In this document: positions 9,878 through 20,023 of the stretch, piece by piece
How positions within the stretch are numbered: the first letter of the stretch is position 1
Layout of the letters: every line of letters starts with the position of its first letter
Source of the DNA: Mycolicibacterium smegmatis
Lineage (GTDB): Bacteria > Actinomycetota > Actinomycetes > Mycobacteriales > Mycobacteriaceae
NCBI RefSeq assembly: GCF_001457595.1
Contig: NZ_LN831039.1
Location: 4,380,001 to 4,412,000 of the forward strand
Length of the DNA: 32,000 nt
Direction of reading: 5' to 3'
Notes under the pieces: generated by a model
Databases searched by the model: none
What the model was told of the DNA's origin: nothing
The model's input: the letters and a program-made list of their open reading frames with translations, nothing else
Position numbers and translations under genes: made by a program

Positions 9878-11704
9878 TCAGGACGTCTGGAGTTCGGCCA
9901 GGTACTGCGCCTGGCAGGCACGGCGCGCCAGCTTGCCGCTGGTGGTACGTGGAATCGAGCCTGCCGCAACGAGTTTGATGTCGTGCACGGCAACCGCGTG
10001 GCGCTTCGAGATGGCCGCGCGGATGGCATCGACGATGGGTGCCGGGTCGGCCCGGCCCGCGCCGGGCGCGCGTTCGGCGACGATCACCAGACGTTCGCCG
10101 TGCTCGGACGGCACCGAGAACGCCGCGATGTAGCCGGCCCGCACCTGTGACGACGCCTCGGCGACCGTGGCCTCCAGGTCCTGCGGATAGTGGTTGCGGC
10201 CGTCGACGATCACCATGTCCTTGATGCGGCCGGTGATGTAGAGCTCGCCGCCCAGGTACATGCCGAGGTCGCCCGTGCGGAACCACGCGGCGCCGTCCGG
10301 CGCACCCGCGGCGTGGCTGCCCTGCGGCAGGCGCGACTGCAGCTTGTTGTGGAACGACACCTCGGTCTCGTGCGGGCGGCCCCAATAGCCCTTGCCGACG
10401 TTGTCGCCGTAGAGCCAGATCTCGCCGACGTGACCGTCGGGCAGTTCGGCGCCGGTGTCGCTGTTGGGGTCGACGATCACGGCCCACTGGCTGCGCGCGA
10501 TCTTGCCGCAGGACACCTGCGCGATGGCGCGCGGATCGTCCTCGGGCACCTCGACGGCGCGTCCCGCGCCGAGTTCCTCACGGTCGAGGTACACCGCGCT
10601 CGGATGCGCCGCGGGTCCGATGGTCGACACGAACAGCGTCGCCTCGGCCATGCCGTAGGACGGCTTGACCGCGGTCGGCGGCAGCCCGTACGGCGCGAAT
10701 GCCTCGTTGAACACGTTGATGGAGGCCATGCTGACGGGCTCGGACCCGTTGATCAGGCCCGCGACGTTGCTCAGGTCGAGTTCGTCTCCGGCCGGCGGCA
10801 GGCCGCGGTGCGCGGCGAGTTCGTAGGCGAAGTTGGGCGCCGCGGCGAACGTGGGCACGTCCGACGCGCCGAGCTCCTTGATCCAGCGGTACGGGCGCCG
10901 CACGAACGACACCGGCGACATCAGCGTGATGTGGCCGCCGCACAGCGCCGGGAACATGATCATGAGCAGGCCCATGTCGTGGAACAGGGGCAGCCAGCTG
11001 ACGCTGCGGATGTTCCAGTCGAGTCCGACCGAGATGATCATCTGCAGCACGTTGGTACAGACGCCGCGGTGGGTGATCTCGACGCCGGCCGGGGTGCGGG
11101 TGGATCCCGAGGTGTACTGCAGATAGGCGATGCCGTCGGTGTGCAGCTGCGCGGGGGTGAAGGTCGCGCCGACCGCGGCGGGGACCGCGTCGACGGCGAT
11201 CATGCGGGGGCGCCCGGCGTGGGGCAGCTTGCGGACGAACGCGCCGACGGCCTCGGCGGCGGCGGTCGTGGTGAGCACGACCGAGGGGGTCGCGTCGGCC
11301 AGTACCGCCTCGAGACGCTCGGCGTGGCCGGGCAGTTCGGGTGAGAAGAGCGGGACCGCGATGGCACCGGCCTGGATGGCGGCGAAGAAGGACACCACGT
11401 AGTCGACGCCCTGCGGGCACAGGATCGCGACGCGGTCGCCGAGCTTGGTCACCTGCTGCAGCCGCGCGCCGACCGCGCGCACGCGGGTGTCCAACTCCTT
11501 CCAGGTGAGCTCGACGACCCTCCCGTCGTGCTCGAAGTCGAGATACCGATAGGCCGGCGTATCGGCGAGCTCGGCGACGTTACGGTCGAAGTAAGACGTC
11601 AACGTCACCCCGTCTGGGATGGCGATGTTGCCGTCCGCATCGAGGTAATCCTCGATCTTCATGCGTACCGAAGCGTCACGCGCCCCCATGACTTCAGAAC
11701 CCAT
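9878..11704 (-). CDS. AMP-dependent acyl synthetase, FAAL/FadD-like (start may be MKIEDYLDADG at 11662)
   Basis: YLQYTSGSTRTPAGVEITHRG (P-loop), AAPNFAYELAAHR (typical of fatty-acyl-AMP ligases), YGMAEATLFVS, WFRTGDLG, GRIKDMVIVDGRNHYPQDLE, PRTTSGKLARR. Confidence 0.88.
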   Translation of the reverse strand: MGSEVMGARDASVRMKIEDYLDADGNIAIPDGVTLTSYFDRNVAELADTPAYRYLDFEHDGRVVELTWKELDTRVRAVGARLQQVTKLGDRVAILCPQGVDYVVSFFAAIQAGAIAVPLFSPELPGHAERLEAVLADATPSVVLTTTAAAEAVGAFVRKLPHAGRPRMIAVDAVPAAVGATFTPAQLHTDGIAYLQYTSGSTRTPAGVEITHRGVCTNVLQMIISVGLDWNIRSVSWLPLFHDMGLLMIMFPALCGGHITLMSPVSFVRRPYRWIKELGASDVPTFAAAPNFAYELAAHRGLPPAGDELDLSNVAGLINGSEPVSMASINVFNEAFAPYGLPPTAVKPSYGMAEATLFVSTIGPAAHPSAVYLDREELGAGRAVEVPEDDPRAIAQVSCGKIARSQWAVIVDPNSDTGAELPDGHVGEIWLYGDNVGKGYWGRPHETEVSFHNKLQSRLPQGSHAAGAPDGAAWFRTGDLGMYLGGELYITGRIKDMVIVDGRNHYPQDLEATVAEASSQVRAGYIAAFSVPSEHGERLVIVAERAPGAGRADPAPIVDAIRAAISKRHAVAVHDIKLVAAGSIPRTTSGKLARRACQAQYLAELQTS

Positions 11705-11860
11705 GCTGCAACTCTAAGAGATTTCCTCAGACTCTAGTGCAAACCGGGGGTGCGCGGCGGAAAGTCTTTACCTCCCCGTGACCCGGCGACCGCACTGAGC
11801 GAAGGCCGAAATGTGGCACGCTGAGGCCGATCGACGTTCCGCTGCCGGTGCCCGACGAAG

Positions 11861-13393
11861 GTGAAGATGGTTCCCATTAAGCCGAAAACTGCCAGGTACA
11901 CCGAGGTCGAGCGAAAGTTCGAGGTGACCGCGGCCACAGTCTCGCCCTCATTCGAGGGATTGTCGGCGATCGCGCGGATCGAGCGGATTCCGTCACAGGA
12001 ACTCGACGCTGTCTATTTCGACACATCCGCGCGCGCCCTCGCGGCGCGTCGCGTTACGCTGCGCCGCCGCACGGGCGGAACCGACGCCGGATGGCACCTG
12101 AAGCTGCCCGCCGGACCGGATGCGCGCACCGAGGTGCGAGCGCCCCTCGACAACGCGACCGACGGGGTCCCCGACGACCTCCGCGACATCGTCCTCGGGA
12201 TCGTGCGTGAGAGGCCCTTGGAGCCGGTCGCCCGCATCACCACGCACCGCACCGTCAGCGTGCTCTACGCGCACAACGGAGCCGTGCTGGCCGAGTTCTG
12301 CGACGACCATGTCACCGCGTCGGCCACGGGCCACGAGGACCACGCACAGCAGTGGCGCGAATGGGAGCTCGAGCTCGCACCCGGCGCCGACGCTGAACTG
12401 CTCGACCGCCTGACCAACCGGCTGCTCGACGCCGGGGCCCAGCCCGCCGGGCACGGCTCGAAACTCGCGCGGGCCCTCGCTTCGGCCCCGGGCGCCCCGA
12501 GCGACACACCGGAACCCGCCCAACCCACAGACGCGCTGCACCGCGCGATCGCCGAACACCTCGACGAACTGCTGGTGTGGGACCGCGCGGTGCGCGCCGA
12601 CGCCGAGGACTCGGTGCATCAGATGCGCGTGACGACGCGCAAGATCCGCAGCCTGCTCAAGGAGTCCGGGGACGCCTTCGGCGATGTCGGGCCGATCCTC
12701 GACGAGCTGCGCGAGCTGGGCACCGTGCTGGGCGTGGCCCGCGACGCCGAGGTGCTCGCGGAACGCTACGAGCACGCCCTGGCCGATTTGCCCGACGAAC
12801 TGGTGCGCGGGCCGGTGGCCGAGCGTCTCGTCGGCGGCGCGCGGCAACGCTACGAATCAGGTCTGCGCCGCATCCACCTCGCGATGCGCTCGCAACGTTA
12901 CTTCCGGTTGCTCGACGCGCTGGAGGGCCTGGTCGCATCGTCGACGGACACCGACACCGGCGATCCGGCGGCCACGGTCGCAGCGGCCTACAAGCGGGTG
13001 CGCAAGGCCGTCAAGAAGGCCCAGCACACCGACCACACGACCGACCCGGACGCCGGAACCGACGCCGGGACCGACGCCGTGGCGGCCCGCAACCACGCCC
13101 TGCACCGGATCCGCAAGCGCGCCAAGCAGCTTCGCTACACCGCGAGCGCGGCCGGCGAGGACCGCATCGCCGAGCGGGCCAAGGCCGTGCAGTCGCTGCT
13201 CGGTGACCACCAGGACGCCGTGGTCAGCATGGCGCACCTGCTCGACCAGGCCGACGCCGCGCACGCCGCGGGTGAGGACACGTTCACCTACGGCCTGCTG
13301 TACCAGCAGGAGGACGAACTGGCGTGGCAGGCCCGCACGCAACTGCAGAAGGTTCTCAAGAAGCTCAAGAGGGCGGTCCGCAAGGACCTGTGA
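11861..13393 (+). CDS. CYTH and CHAD domain-containing protein
   Basis: N-terminal ExExK motif (TEVERKFEV) of CYTH/triphosphate tunnel metalloenzymes; C-terminal His/Arg-rich helical repeats (HQMRVTTRKIRSLLKESG..., LHRIRKRAKQLRYTASA) typical of CHAD. Confidence 0.9.
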   Translation: MKMVPIKPKTARYTEVERKFEVTAATVSPSFEGLSAIARIERIPSQELDAVYFDTSARALAARRVTLRRRTGGTDAGWHLKLPAGPDARTEVRAPLDNATDGVPDDLRDIVLGIVRERPLEPVARITTHRTVSVLYAHNGAVLAEFCDDHVTASATGHEDHAQQWREWELELAPGADAELLDRLTNRLLDAGAQPAGHGSKLARALASAPGAPSDTPEPAQPTDALHRAIAEHLDELLVWDRAVRADAEDSVHQMRVTTRKIRSLLKESGDAFGDVGPILDELRELGTVLGVARDAEVLAERYEHALADLPDELVRGPVAERLVGGARQRYESGLRRIHLAMRSQRYFRLLDALEGLVASSTDTDTGDPAATVAAAYKRVRKAVKKAQHTDHTTDPDAGTDAGTDAVAARNHALHRIRKRAKQLRYTASAAGEDRIAERAKAVQSLLGDHQDAVVSMAHLLDQADAAHAAGEDTFTYGLLYQQEDELAWQARTQLQKVLKKLKRAVRKDL

Positions 13394-13399
13394 GCGGTG

Positions 13400-13797
<398 letters not shown>

Positions 13798-13890
13798 AGA
13801 TCACCGTACCCTCAAATCCATGCCGCAGGTGCCACCGGCCCGATATTCGCTCAGGGCGGAGGACCGCACCGAGGCCCTGTCGGCCTGAGG

Positions 13891-15447
13891 TCAGCTCGTG
13901 CGGCGCAGCACCATGACGTTGTCGACCATCGGCATGGGTTGCCCGTCCGGGCCGGTCGCCTCGCGGTGCACGGCCTCGACGCGGACCCGTTCCCACTCGG
14001 AGGCAGGCAGATCGAGGCCGGCGAGCACTTCCTCGGCGCTCGGGAACGGGTGATCGTGCGGCACCCGTGTCGCGTTGGGCGGCATCTTGCCGTGGTCGAC
14101 GATCACCAAGTGCCCGCCGGGCCGGATCGCCCGCGCCGCGGTCGACAGGATCCGCGGCCGTTCCAGCCGCACCGTCGAGTGCAGGAATTGCGCTGACACC
14201 AGGTCGAACTCACCGTCCGGGAAGCTCTCCGACAGGTCGTGGCGCTCGAATGTGATGCGGTCGGCGACGCCGCGCCGCCCGGCTTCGGCGGCCGCGCGTG
14301 ACAGTGCGGTGTGGGAGATGTCGACGGCGGTCACCCGCCAGCCCCGTTCGGCCAGCCAGACGGCGTCCCCGCCTTCTCCGCAGCCGAGATCCAGTGCGTG
14401 CCCGGCGGGGAGATCGGAGGCGACCTTCTCCAGTTGCGGGTTGACCCGCCCGCTCCAGATCTGTTCGCGCTCACCGTAGTGACGTTCCCAGTACTCGGCC
14501 GGCGAGAGACCTTCGGTGGGCCACGGCGGGGTGGGCAGGCCGATGTCCTCGGCGAGCAGGTGCTGCACGATGGCGGCCGCGGTCTGGCTGCCCGCCGCGA
14601 CCGCCGTGGCCACCTGCGGCAGGTTGCCGGTGAGGTCGCCCGCGGCGAACAGGCCGGGCACCGTGGTGCGTCCGAACGTGTCGACGACGACGGCGTCGCC
14701 GGCCAGCGGTGTCGGCGCGCCGATCGCGCCGAGTTGCGCGGCCAGTGGTGAGCGCTGGTGCAGCGTGGTGGCGACCAGGGCGCCGCGACGCGACAGCCGC
14801 GTGCCGTCGGTGAACTCGACCGCAACCAGTTCACCGTCGTGGGCGACGAGCCGGGCGATCGACGCGTCGTTCACCGGAATTCCTGCCGCGCCGAGTTTTT
14901 CGGTCTGGGCGTCGTCGAGACCGTCGGGCCCGTTGGTGAGCACCACGATGTCGTCGGACCACGCGCGCAGCAGCAGCGCCGAGTGCACGGCGCGCTCGCC
15001 GCGGGCGATGACGGCCAACGGGGCGTCGCGCACCTCCCAGCCGTGGCAGAACGGGCAGTGGAAAACCGAACGGCCCCACAGTTCCCCGAGTCCCGGGATG
15101 TTCGGTGGCAGGTAGTCCATGCCGGCGGCCAGCAGCACGGTTCGGGCGTGCTCGTGGCCACCGTCGGCGAGGTCGAGCGCGAATCCGCGCCTACCCGCAA
15201 TGACCTCGCCGCGGCGCACCTGCACACTGGGGTACGCCGCGAGTTCGGCATGCCCGGCCGCGTAGAGGTCGGCAGGCGCCCGGCCGTCGCTTCCGAGCAG
15301 GCCGCCGATGCCGTGTGCGGGCAGGTTGCTCTGTTCACCGGCATCGACGAGCAGTACGCGCCTGCGTGCCCGGCCGAGCACGAGCGCCGCGCTCAGACCG
15401 GCCGCGCCGCCGCCGACGATGATGCTGTCCCATGGCTTGTTCTCCAT
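13891..15447 (-). CDS. Fusion protein: FAD-dependent thioredoxin-reductase-like oxidoreductase (CPFC) + C-terminal class I SAM-dependent methyltransferase
   Basis: Start MENKPWDS; FAD motif DSIIVGGGAAGLSAALVLGRARRRVLLVDAG; redox motif HCPFCHGWEV (codons at 15046-15057); FAD-binding GLFAAGDLTG; from about 14499 downward a methyltransferase domain AEYWERHYGEREQIWSGRVN...HALDLGCGEGGDAVWLAERGWRVTAVDIS. One uninterrupted frame. Confidence 0.92.
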   Translation of the reverse strand: MENKPWDSIIVGGGAAGLSAALVLGRARRRVLLVDAGEQSNLPAHGIGGLLGSDGRAPADLYAAGHAELAAYPSVQVRRGEVIAGRRGFALDLADGGHEHARTVLLAAGMDYLPPNIPGLGELWGRSVFHCPFCHGWEVRDAPLAVIARGERAVHSALLLRAWSDDIVVLTNGPDGLDDAQTEKLGAAGIPVNDASIARLVAHDGELVAVEFTDGTRLSRRGALVATTLHQRSPLAAQLGAIGAPTPLAGDAVVVDTFGRTTVPGLFAAGDLTGNLPQVATAVAAGSQTAAAIVQHLLAEDIGLPTPPWPTEGLSPAEYWERHYGEREQIWSGRVNPQLEKVASDLPAGHALDLGCGEGGDAVWLAERGWRVTAVDISHTALSRAAAEAGRRGVADRITFERHDLSESFPDGEFDLVSAQFLHSTVRLERPRILSTAARAIRPGGHLVIVDHGKMPPNATRVPHDHPFPSAEEVLAGLDLPASEWERVRVEAVHREATGPDGQPMPMVDNVMVLRRTS

Positions 15448-15483
15448 GACGCCCACCTTGCCGAGAGCATGACAAAATGCCAA

Positions 15484-15510
15484 GCTGTTTTGCCATGAAG
15501 GCAAAACAGC
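15484..15510. promoter_or_regulatory. Perfect 11-bp inverted repeat overlapping the regulator start codon (putative autoregulatory operator)
   Basis: GCTGTTTTGCC (15484-15494) - ATGAA - GGCAAAACAGC (15500-15510). A related element ATGACAAAA-N10-TTTTGCCAT spans 15469-15496. Confidence 0.6.
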
Positions 15511-16091
15511 AGGTGGACGCGCCCGGTGCCGAGCACGACGTGGACGCCCTGGTCCGCCAGCGCCTGCGCGAACTGCGCACCGAGCGGGGTCTCACGCTGG
15601 AGGACGTCGCGTCCCGCGCGCAGATCGACGTGTCCACCCTGAGCCGCCTCGAATCGGGGAAGCGCCGCCTGGCGCTCGACCATCTGCCGCGGTTGGCCAC
15701 CGCGCTGTCGGTCACCACCGACGACCTGCTGCGGGCGCCCGAGGCCGAGGACCCCCGCGTGCGCGGCACCGCTACGACCCGCGACAACATCACATACTGG
15801 CCGCTCACGCGCCACGGCCCGGCAAACGGGCTGCACGCGTACAAGATCCGCATCAGCGAGCAGCGCAACACCCCGCCGGCCGAACTTCCCGTACACGAGG
15901 GCCGCGACTGGATGTACGTGCTGTCCGGGAAGCTACGGCTGATCCTCGGTGAACAGGATTTCACCGTCGGACCCGGTGAGGCCGTGGAGTTCTCGACGTG
16001 GACACCGCACTGGTTCGGCGTGGTCGACGGACCCGTCGAGGCCGTGACGATCTTCGGTCTGCACGGCGAGCAGGTGCACCTGCACTCGTGA
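15495..16091 (+). CDS. XRE-family helix-turn-helix regulator with C-terminal cupin domain
   Basis: LRELRTERGLTLEDVASRAQIDVSTLSRLESGKRRLALDHLPRLATAL (HTH_3); RDWMYVLSGKLRLILGEQDFTVGPGEAVEFSTWTPHWFG (cupin). Divergent from the fusion gene. Confidence 0.92.
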   Translation: MKAKQQVDAPGAEHDVDALVRQRLRELRTERGLTLEDVASRAQIDVSTLSRLESGKRRLALDHLPRLATALSVTTDDLLRAPEAEDPRVRGTATTRDNITYWPLTRHGPANGLHAYKIRISEQRNTPPAELPVHEGRDWMYVLSGKLRLILGEQDFTVGPGEAVEFSTWTPHWFGVVDGPVEAVTIFGLHGEQVHLHS

Positions 16092-16092
16092 G

Positions 16093-17190
16093 CTACAGGT
16101 ACGCGGTCTGGTTCACCAACCGCACGGCCGAGCCACCGTCGGCGTAGAACTCGGCGATCGACAACGACGCCAGGTCCAGGTGCAGGCGGTAGAGAATCCC
16201 CTCGCCCGCGTCGAGCGCCAACCGCAGGATCGTCTTGATCGGCGTCACGTGCGAGACCACCAGCACCGTCGACGCGCCGTGCTCGGCGATGATGCGGTTG
16301 CGCGCGCGGCGCACGCGGTGCGCGACGGCGTCGAAGCTCTCGCCACCGGGCGGTTCGACGCTGGTGTCCCGCAGCCAGCGCCGGTGCACATCCGGATCCC
16401 GTTGCGCCGCTTCGGCGAACGTCAGCCCCTCCCAGGCACCGAAGTCGGTTTCGATCAGATCGTCGTCGACGGTGACGTCGAGACCCAGCGCCTTGGCGGC
16501 CGCGGCCGCGGTGTCATACGCACGCTGCAGAGGTGAGGTGACCACGGCCGAGATGCCGCCGCGCTCGCCCAGATACCGCGCAGCGGCGTCGGCCTGCCTG
16601 CGCCCCTCTTCGGTCAGCGCGGGGTTGCCCCGACCCGAGTAGCGCCGGTCGACCGACAACTCGGTCTGCCCGTGTCGCAGCAAAAACAGCCGTGTAGGCG
16701 CGCCGGTCACCCCGGACCAGCCCACCGAGTTCTTCGCGGGTGCAGGCGGGTCGTCAGACTCAGAAGCCTTGTCGGGCACGGCGATTCCCGCTGCGGCATC
16801 CATCGCCTCGTTGGCCAGCCGGTCGGCGTGGCTGTTGCGTTCCCGCGGAATCCACGTGTAGTCGACATGGTCGAAGCCCGCGGCCAGCGCGGCCGCGCGG
16901 CGCTGCAGTTCGATCAGGTCCGGATGCTTGACGCGCCACCGCCCGCACATCTGCTCGATGACCAGTTTGGAGTCCATCGACACCGCGACCTCGGTGGCGC
17001 CGGTCTCGGCGGCGGCCTCCAAACCCGCGATCAGACCCCGGTATTCGGCCACGTTGTTGGTGGCGCGGCCGATGGCCTCCTTGCGTTCGGCGAGCACCGT
17101 GGCGTGGTCGGCGTCGTACACCACCGCGCCGTAGCCGGCCGGTCCCGGGTTGCCGCGCGACCCGCCGTCGGCCTCGACGAGAACCTTCAC
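16093..17190 (-). CDS. rnhC: Bifunctional RNase HI / histidine (acid) phosphatase, Rv2228c-like
   Basis: GTG start at 17190: [26 protein letters not shown]...NNVAEYRGLIAGLEAA (RNase HI); LFLLRHGQTELSVDRRYSGRGNPALTEEGRRQA (phosphoglycerate-mutase-like phosphatase). Confidence 0.93.
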   Translation of the reverse strand: MKVLVEADGGSRGNPGPAGYGAVVYDADHATVLAERKEAIGRATNNVAEYRGLIAGLEAAAETGATEVAVSMDSKLVIEQMCGRWRVKHPDLIELQRRAAALAAGFDHVDYTWIPRERNSHADRLANEAMDAAAGIAVPDKASESDDPPAPAKNSVGWSGVTGAPTRLFLLRHGQTELSVDRRYSGRGNPALTEEGRRQADAAARYLGERGGISAVVTSPLQRAYDTAAAAAKALGLDVTVDDDLIETDFGAWEGLTFAEAAQRDPDVHRRWLRDTSVEPPGGESFDAVAHRVRRARNRIIAEHGASTVLVVSHVTPIKTILRLALDAGEGILYRLHLDLASLSIAEFYADGGSAVRLVNQTAYL

Positions 17191-17915
17191 TGCTTGACCC
17201 GCAACAGGATCGCGCCGCACTCGGGGCACCGCACCACGTCGTCGTCGGCCGCGGCGGTGATGCGCGCGATCTCACCGCGGTCGATCTCGATGCGGCACGC
17301 ACCGCAGCGCCTGCCCTGCAGCGGGCCTGCCCCGGCGCCGCCGCGGGCGCGTTGCTTCTCGTAGAGCTCGACGAGCTGATCGTCGATCGCGTTCACCAGC
17401 GCGTCACGTCGCGTGGCGCACTGGTGACGCGCCTGATCCAGCTCCACCAGCGCCGCGTCGCGGGCCTGCTGGGCCTCGGTCAGCTCCGTCTGCAGTTCGT
17501 CCACGCGGCGCAGTTCCTCGGACCGCTCGGCCATGAGCTCCTCGCGACGTTCCATCACCTCGAGCAGCTGCTCTTCCAGGCTCGCCTGGCGCCGCTGCAG
17601 GGTCTCCAGCTCGTGCTGGATCTCGGTGACCTGCTTGGCGCCCACCGAGCCGCCCTCGAGCAGCGCGCGGTCACGGTCCTCGCGCTGGCGCACCGAGTCG
17701 ATCTCGGACTCGTACTTGGCCACCTGCGCGTCCAGATCCTCCAGTGCGATCCCGAGCGCGGCCAGCCGGTCGTTGACCTCGCCGCGCTGCGCGGTGAGCT
17801 CGTCGAGACGCTTCTGTTCGGCCAAGTTCTTCCCGCGGTGCGCGATCCGCGCCAGCTCGGCATCGACCTCGCTCAGCGTCAGCAGCGAACGTTGTTGGCT
17901 TACTTCAGCTTTCAT
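17187..17915 (-). CDS. C4-type zinc-ribbon, coiled-coil protein (Rv2229c-like)
   Basis: [27 protein letters not shown]... long coiled coil, C-terminal [13 protein letters not shown]...[11 protein letters not shown] (two CxxC). 4-bp overlap with the rnhC start. Confidence 0.9.
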   Translation of the reverse strand: MKAEVSQQRSLLTLSEVDAELARIAHRGKNLAEQKRLDELTAQRGEVNDRLAALGIALEDLDAQVAKYESEIDSVRQREDRDRALLEGGSVGAKQVTEIQHELETLQRRQASLEEQLLEVMERREELMAERSEELRRVDELQTELTEAQQARDAALVELDQARHQCATRRDALVNAIDDQLVELYEKQRARGGAGAGPLQGRRCGACRIEIDRGEIARITAAADDDVVRCPECGAILLRVKQ

Positions 17916-19056
17916 GTTCTTCCAAACTCTCGACATTCCATGGATCGGTACGGACCTCGCAGACCCGCACCGGCAGTGCGTCCGAAAAATGCTTGCGCAG
18001 CACGCCCGCGGCCTGCGCGCACCACGGGAACTCGCTGGCCCAGTGCGCCACATCGACCAGCGCGACGTCCGAGGCCCTGCGGTGCTCGTCGGCGGGATGG
18101 TGCCGAAGATCGGCTGTGACATAGGCCTGCACACCGGCCGCGGTCACAGCGCCCAGCAGCGAGTCGCCCGCTCCCCCACACACCGCGACGCGCGACACCA
18201 CGGCATCCGGATCACCCGACGCGCGCACGCCCCACGAGGTCGGCGGCAACGCCGCGCGCACGCGCCTGACGAACGCCGACAACGGCTCCGGTTCGGGCAG
18301 TGACGCGATGCGGCCGATACCCACGTCACCGGGAATCGGCGCGAGCGGCAGGATGTCGAACGCGGGTTCCTCGTATGGATGCGCGGCACGCATCGCGGCA
18401 AGGACCTTCGCGCGCAGCCGTGCCGGCGCGATCACCTCGACGCGGTCCTCGCTCACCTGCTCCACGGTGCCCACCTCACCGATCGCGGGCGAGGCGCCGT
18501 CGTGCGGCAGGAACTGCCCGGTGCCCGCGACGCTCCAACTGCAGTGCGAGTAGTCACCGATGCGGCCCGCGCCCGCGGCGAACAACGCCTCGCGCAGCGC
18601 GTCGGCGTCGGCCGCGGGCACGAACACCACCCACTTGTCCAGGTTCGGCCCGGCCGCCACGGGCGAGAGCACGTCCTCGACACGCAACCCCAGCGTCTCG
18701 GCCAGCGCGTCGGACACGCCGGGATTGGCCGAGTCGGCGTTGGTGTGCGCGGTGAACAGTGCGCGCCCGGTGCGGATCAGCCGGTGGATCAGCGCGCCCT
18801 TGGCGGTGCTCGCGGCCACGGTGTCGACACCACGCAGCAGCAGCGGGTGGTGAGCGAGCAGCAGCCCGCGGTCGGGGACCTCGGCGATCACGTCGGCGGT
18901 GGCGTCGACCGCGATCGTGACCGACTCCACGGGTTCGTCGGGGTCCCCGCACACCAGACCGACCGAATCCCAGTCCTGCGCAAGTTGCGGCGGGTACGCC
19001 GCCTCCAGCACGGCGATCACGTCGGCCAGCCGCACGCCCGCCGATCGCGTGTTCAT
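17905..19056 (-). CDS. Nif3-like dinuclear metal-center family protein (GTP cyclohydrolase 1 type 2 homologue)
   Basis: [53 protein letters not shown]...[12 protein letters not shown]...[22 protein letters not shown]...[10 protein letters not shown]...YVTADLRHH: typical Nif3 motifs with the central insert domain ([12 protein letters not shown]). Confidence 0.92.
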   Translation of the reverse strand: MNTRSAGVRLADVIAVLEAAYPPQLAQDWDSVGLVCGDPDEPVESVTIAVDATADVIAEVPDRGLLLAHHPLLLRGVDTVAASTAKGALIHRLIRTGRALFTAHTNADSANPGVSDALAETLGLRVEDVLSPVAAGPNLDKWVVFVPAADADALREALFAAGAGRIGDYSHCSWSVAGTGQFLPHDGASPAIGEVGTVEQVSEDRVEVIAPARLRAKVLAAMRAAHPYEEPAFDILPLAPIPGDVGIGRIASLPEPEPLSAFVRRVRAALPPTSWGVRASGDPDAVVSRVAVCGGAGDSLLGAVTAAGVQAYVTADLRHHPADEHRRASDVALVDVAHWASEFPWCAQAAGVLRKHFSDALPVRVCEVRTDPWNVESLEEHES

Positions 19057-19330
19057 CTCAGCACCTCCGTCACGGCATCCACCCGCGAGCCCACGAAAGT
19101 ACCGCAACGCCGCACGGCAATGCTCTTGCTTTGCCGATGTCGTCGCGGCAACTCTGTGTCCGGCACGGCGAACTGCACAAACGGCGCCCGCATGGGCGCG
19201 GTCGGCCACGCCGGTACGGCGGCCGCGCGGACGGCACGAGACGGTGGGCACGGCACCCCACGACAGTAGTGGTCGGCCGCCGTGACGGGCATCATCGGGC
19301 ACCGGTGCCGCGATCAGGGACAATCGGTGT

Positions 19331-20023
19331 GTGACCGATGTTGTGACTGGCCGCGTCAGCGAGCTGACCCCCGACACCCGCCCGCAGTTGGTGCTGTTCG
19401 ATCTCGACGGCACGCTCACCGACTCCGCGGAGGGCATCGTGTCGAGCTTCCGGCATGCGCTGCAGGCCGTCGGGGCACCCGTGCCCGACGGTGACCTGGC
19501 CTCACGGATCGTCGGCCCGCCCATGCACCACACGCTGAGCTCGCTGGGGCTCGGCGACCAGGCCGACGAGGCCATCGCGGCCTACCGCGCCGACTACACG
19601 TCCCGTGGATGGGCGATGAACAGCCTGTTCGACGGCATCCCGGCGCTGCTCTCGGATCTGCGAGCCGCGGGCGTCCGGCTGGCCGTCGCGACATCGAAGG
19701 CCGAGCCCACCGCCCGCCGGATCCTCGAGCACTTCGAGCTCGACGGCTACTTCGAGGTGATCGCAGGCGCCAGCCCGGACGGCACGCGCTCACTCAAATC
19801 CGAGGTCGTGGCGCACGCGCTGCGACAGCTGGAACCGCTGCCCGACCGCGTACTGATGGTCGGCGACCGGATGCACGACGTCGAGGGCGCCGCCGAGCAC
19901 GGTATCGACACCGTCGTGGTGGGCTGGGGCTACGGCGGCGCCGATTTCTCCGGGCCGGCCGCGGTGGTGGCCCATGCCCACGTCGAGACCGTCGAGGCAC
20001 TTCGCGGGGTGCTCGGTGTCTGA
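19331..20023 (+). CDS. ptkA: HAD-superfamily hydrolase, PtkA (Rv2232)-like by position
   Basis: GTG start; [22 protein letters not shown] (HAD motif I), [17 protein letters not shown] (motif II/III), [17 protein letters not shown] (motif IV). Directly upstream of ptpA as in M. tuberculosis. Confidence 0.88.
   Translation: MTDVVTGRVSELTPDTRPQLVLFDLDGTLTDSAEGIVSSFRHALQAVGAPVPDGDLASRIVGPPMHHTLSSLGLGDQADEAIAAYRADYTSRGWAMNSLFDGIPALLSDLRAAGVRLAVATSKAEPTARRILEHFELDGYFEVIAGASPDGTRSLKSEVVAHALRQLEPLPDRVLMVGDRMHDVEGAAEHGIDTVVVGWGYGGADFSGPAAVVAHAHVETVEALRGVLGV

Noticed and set aside
10190-11344. 384-aa plus-strand ORF inside the fadD region
   Set aside because: Complement of a well-supported acyl-AMP ligase; low-complexity shadow translation.
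18300-19269. Multiple plus-strand ORFs opposite the Nif3-like gene
   Set aside because: Arg/Pro-rich shadow translations of a confidently identified minus-strand gene.
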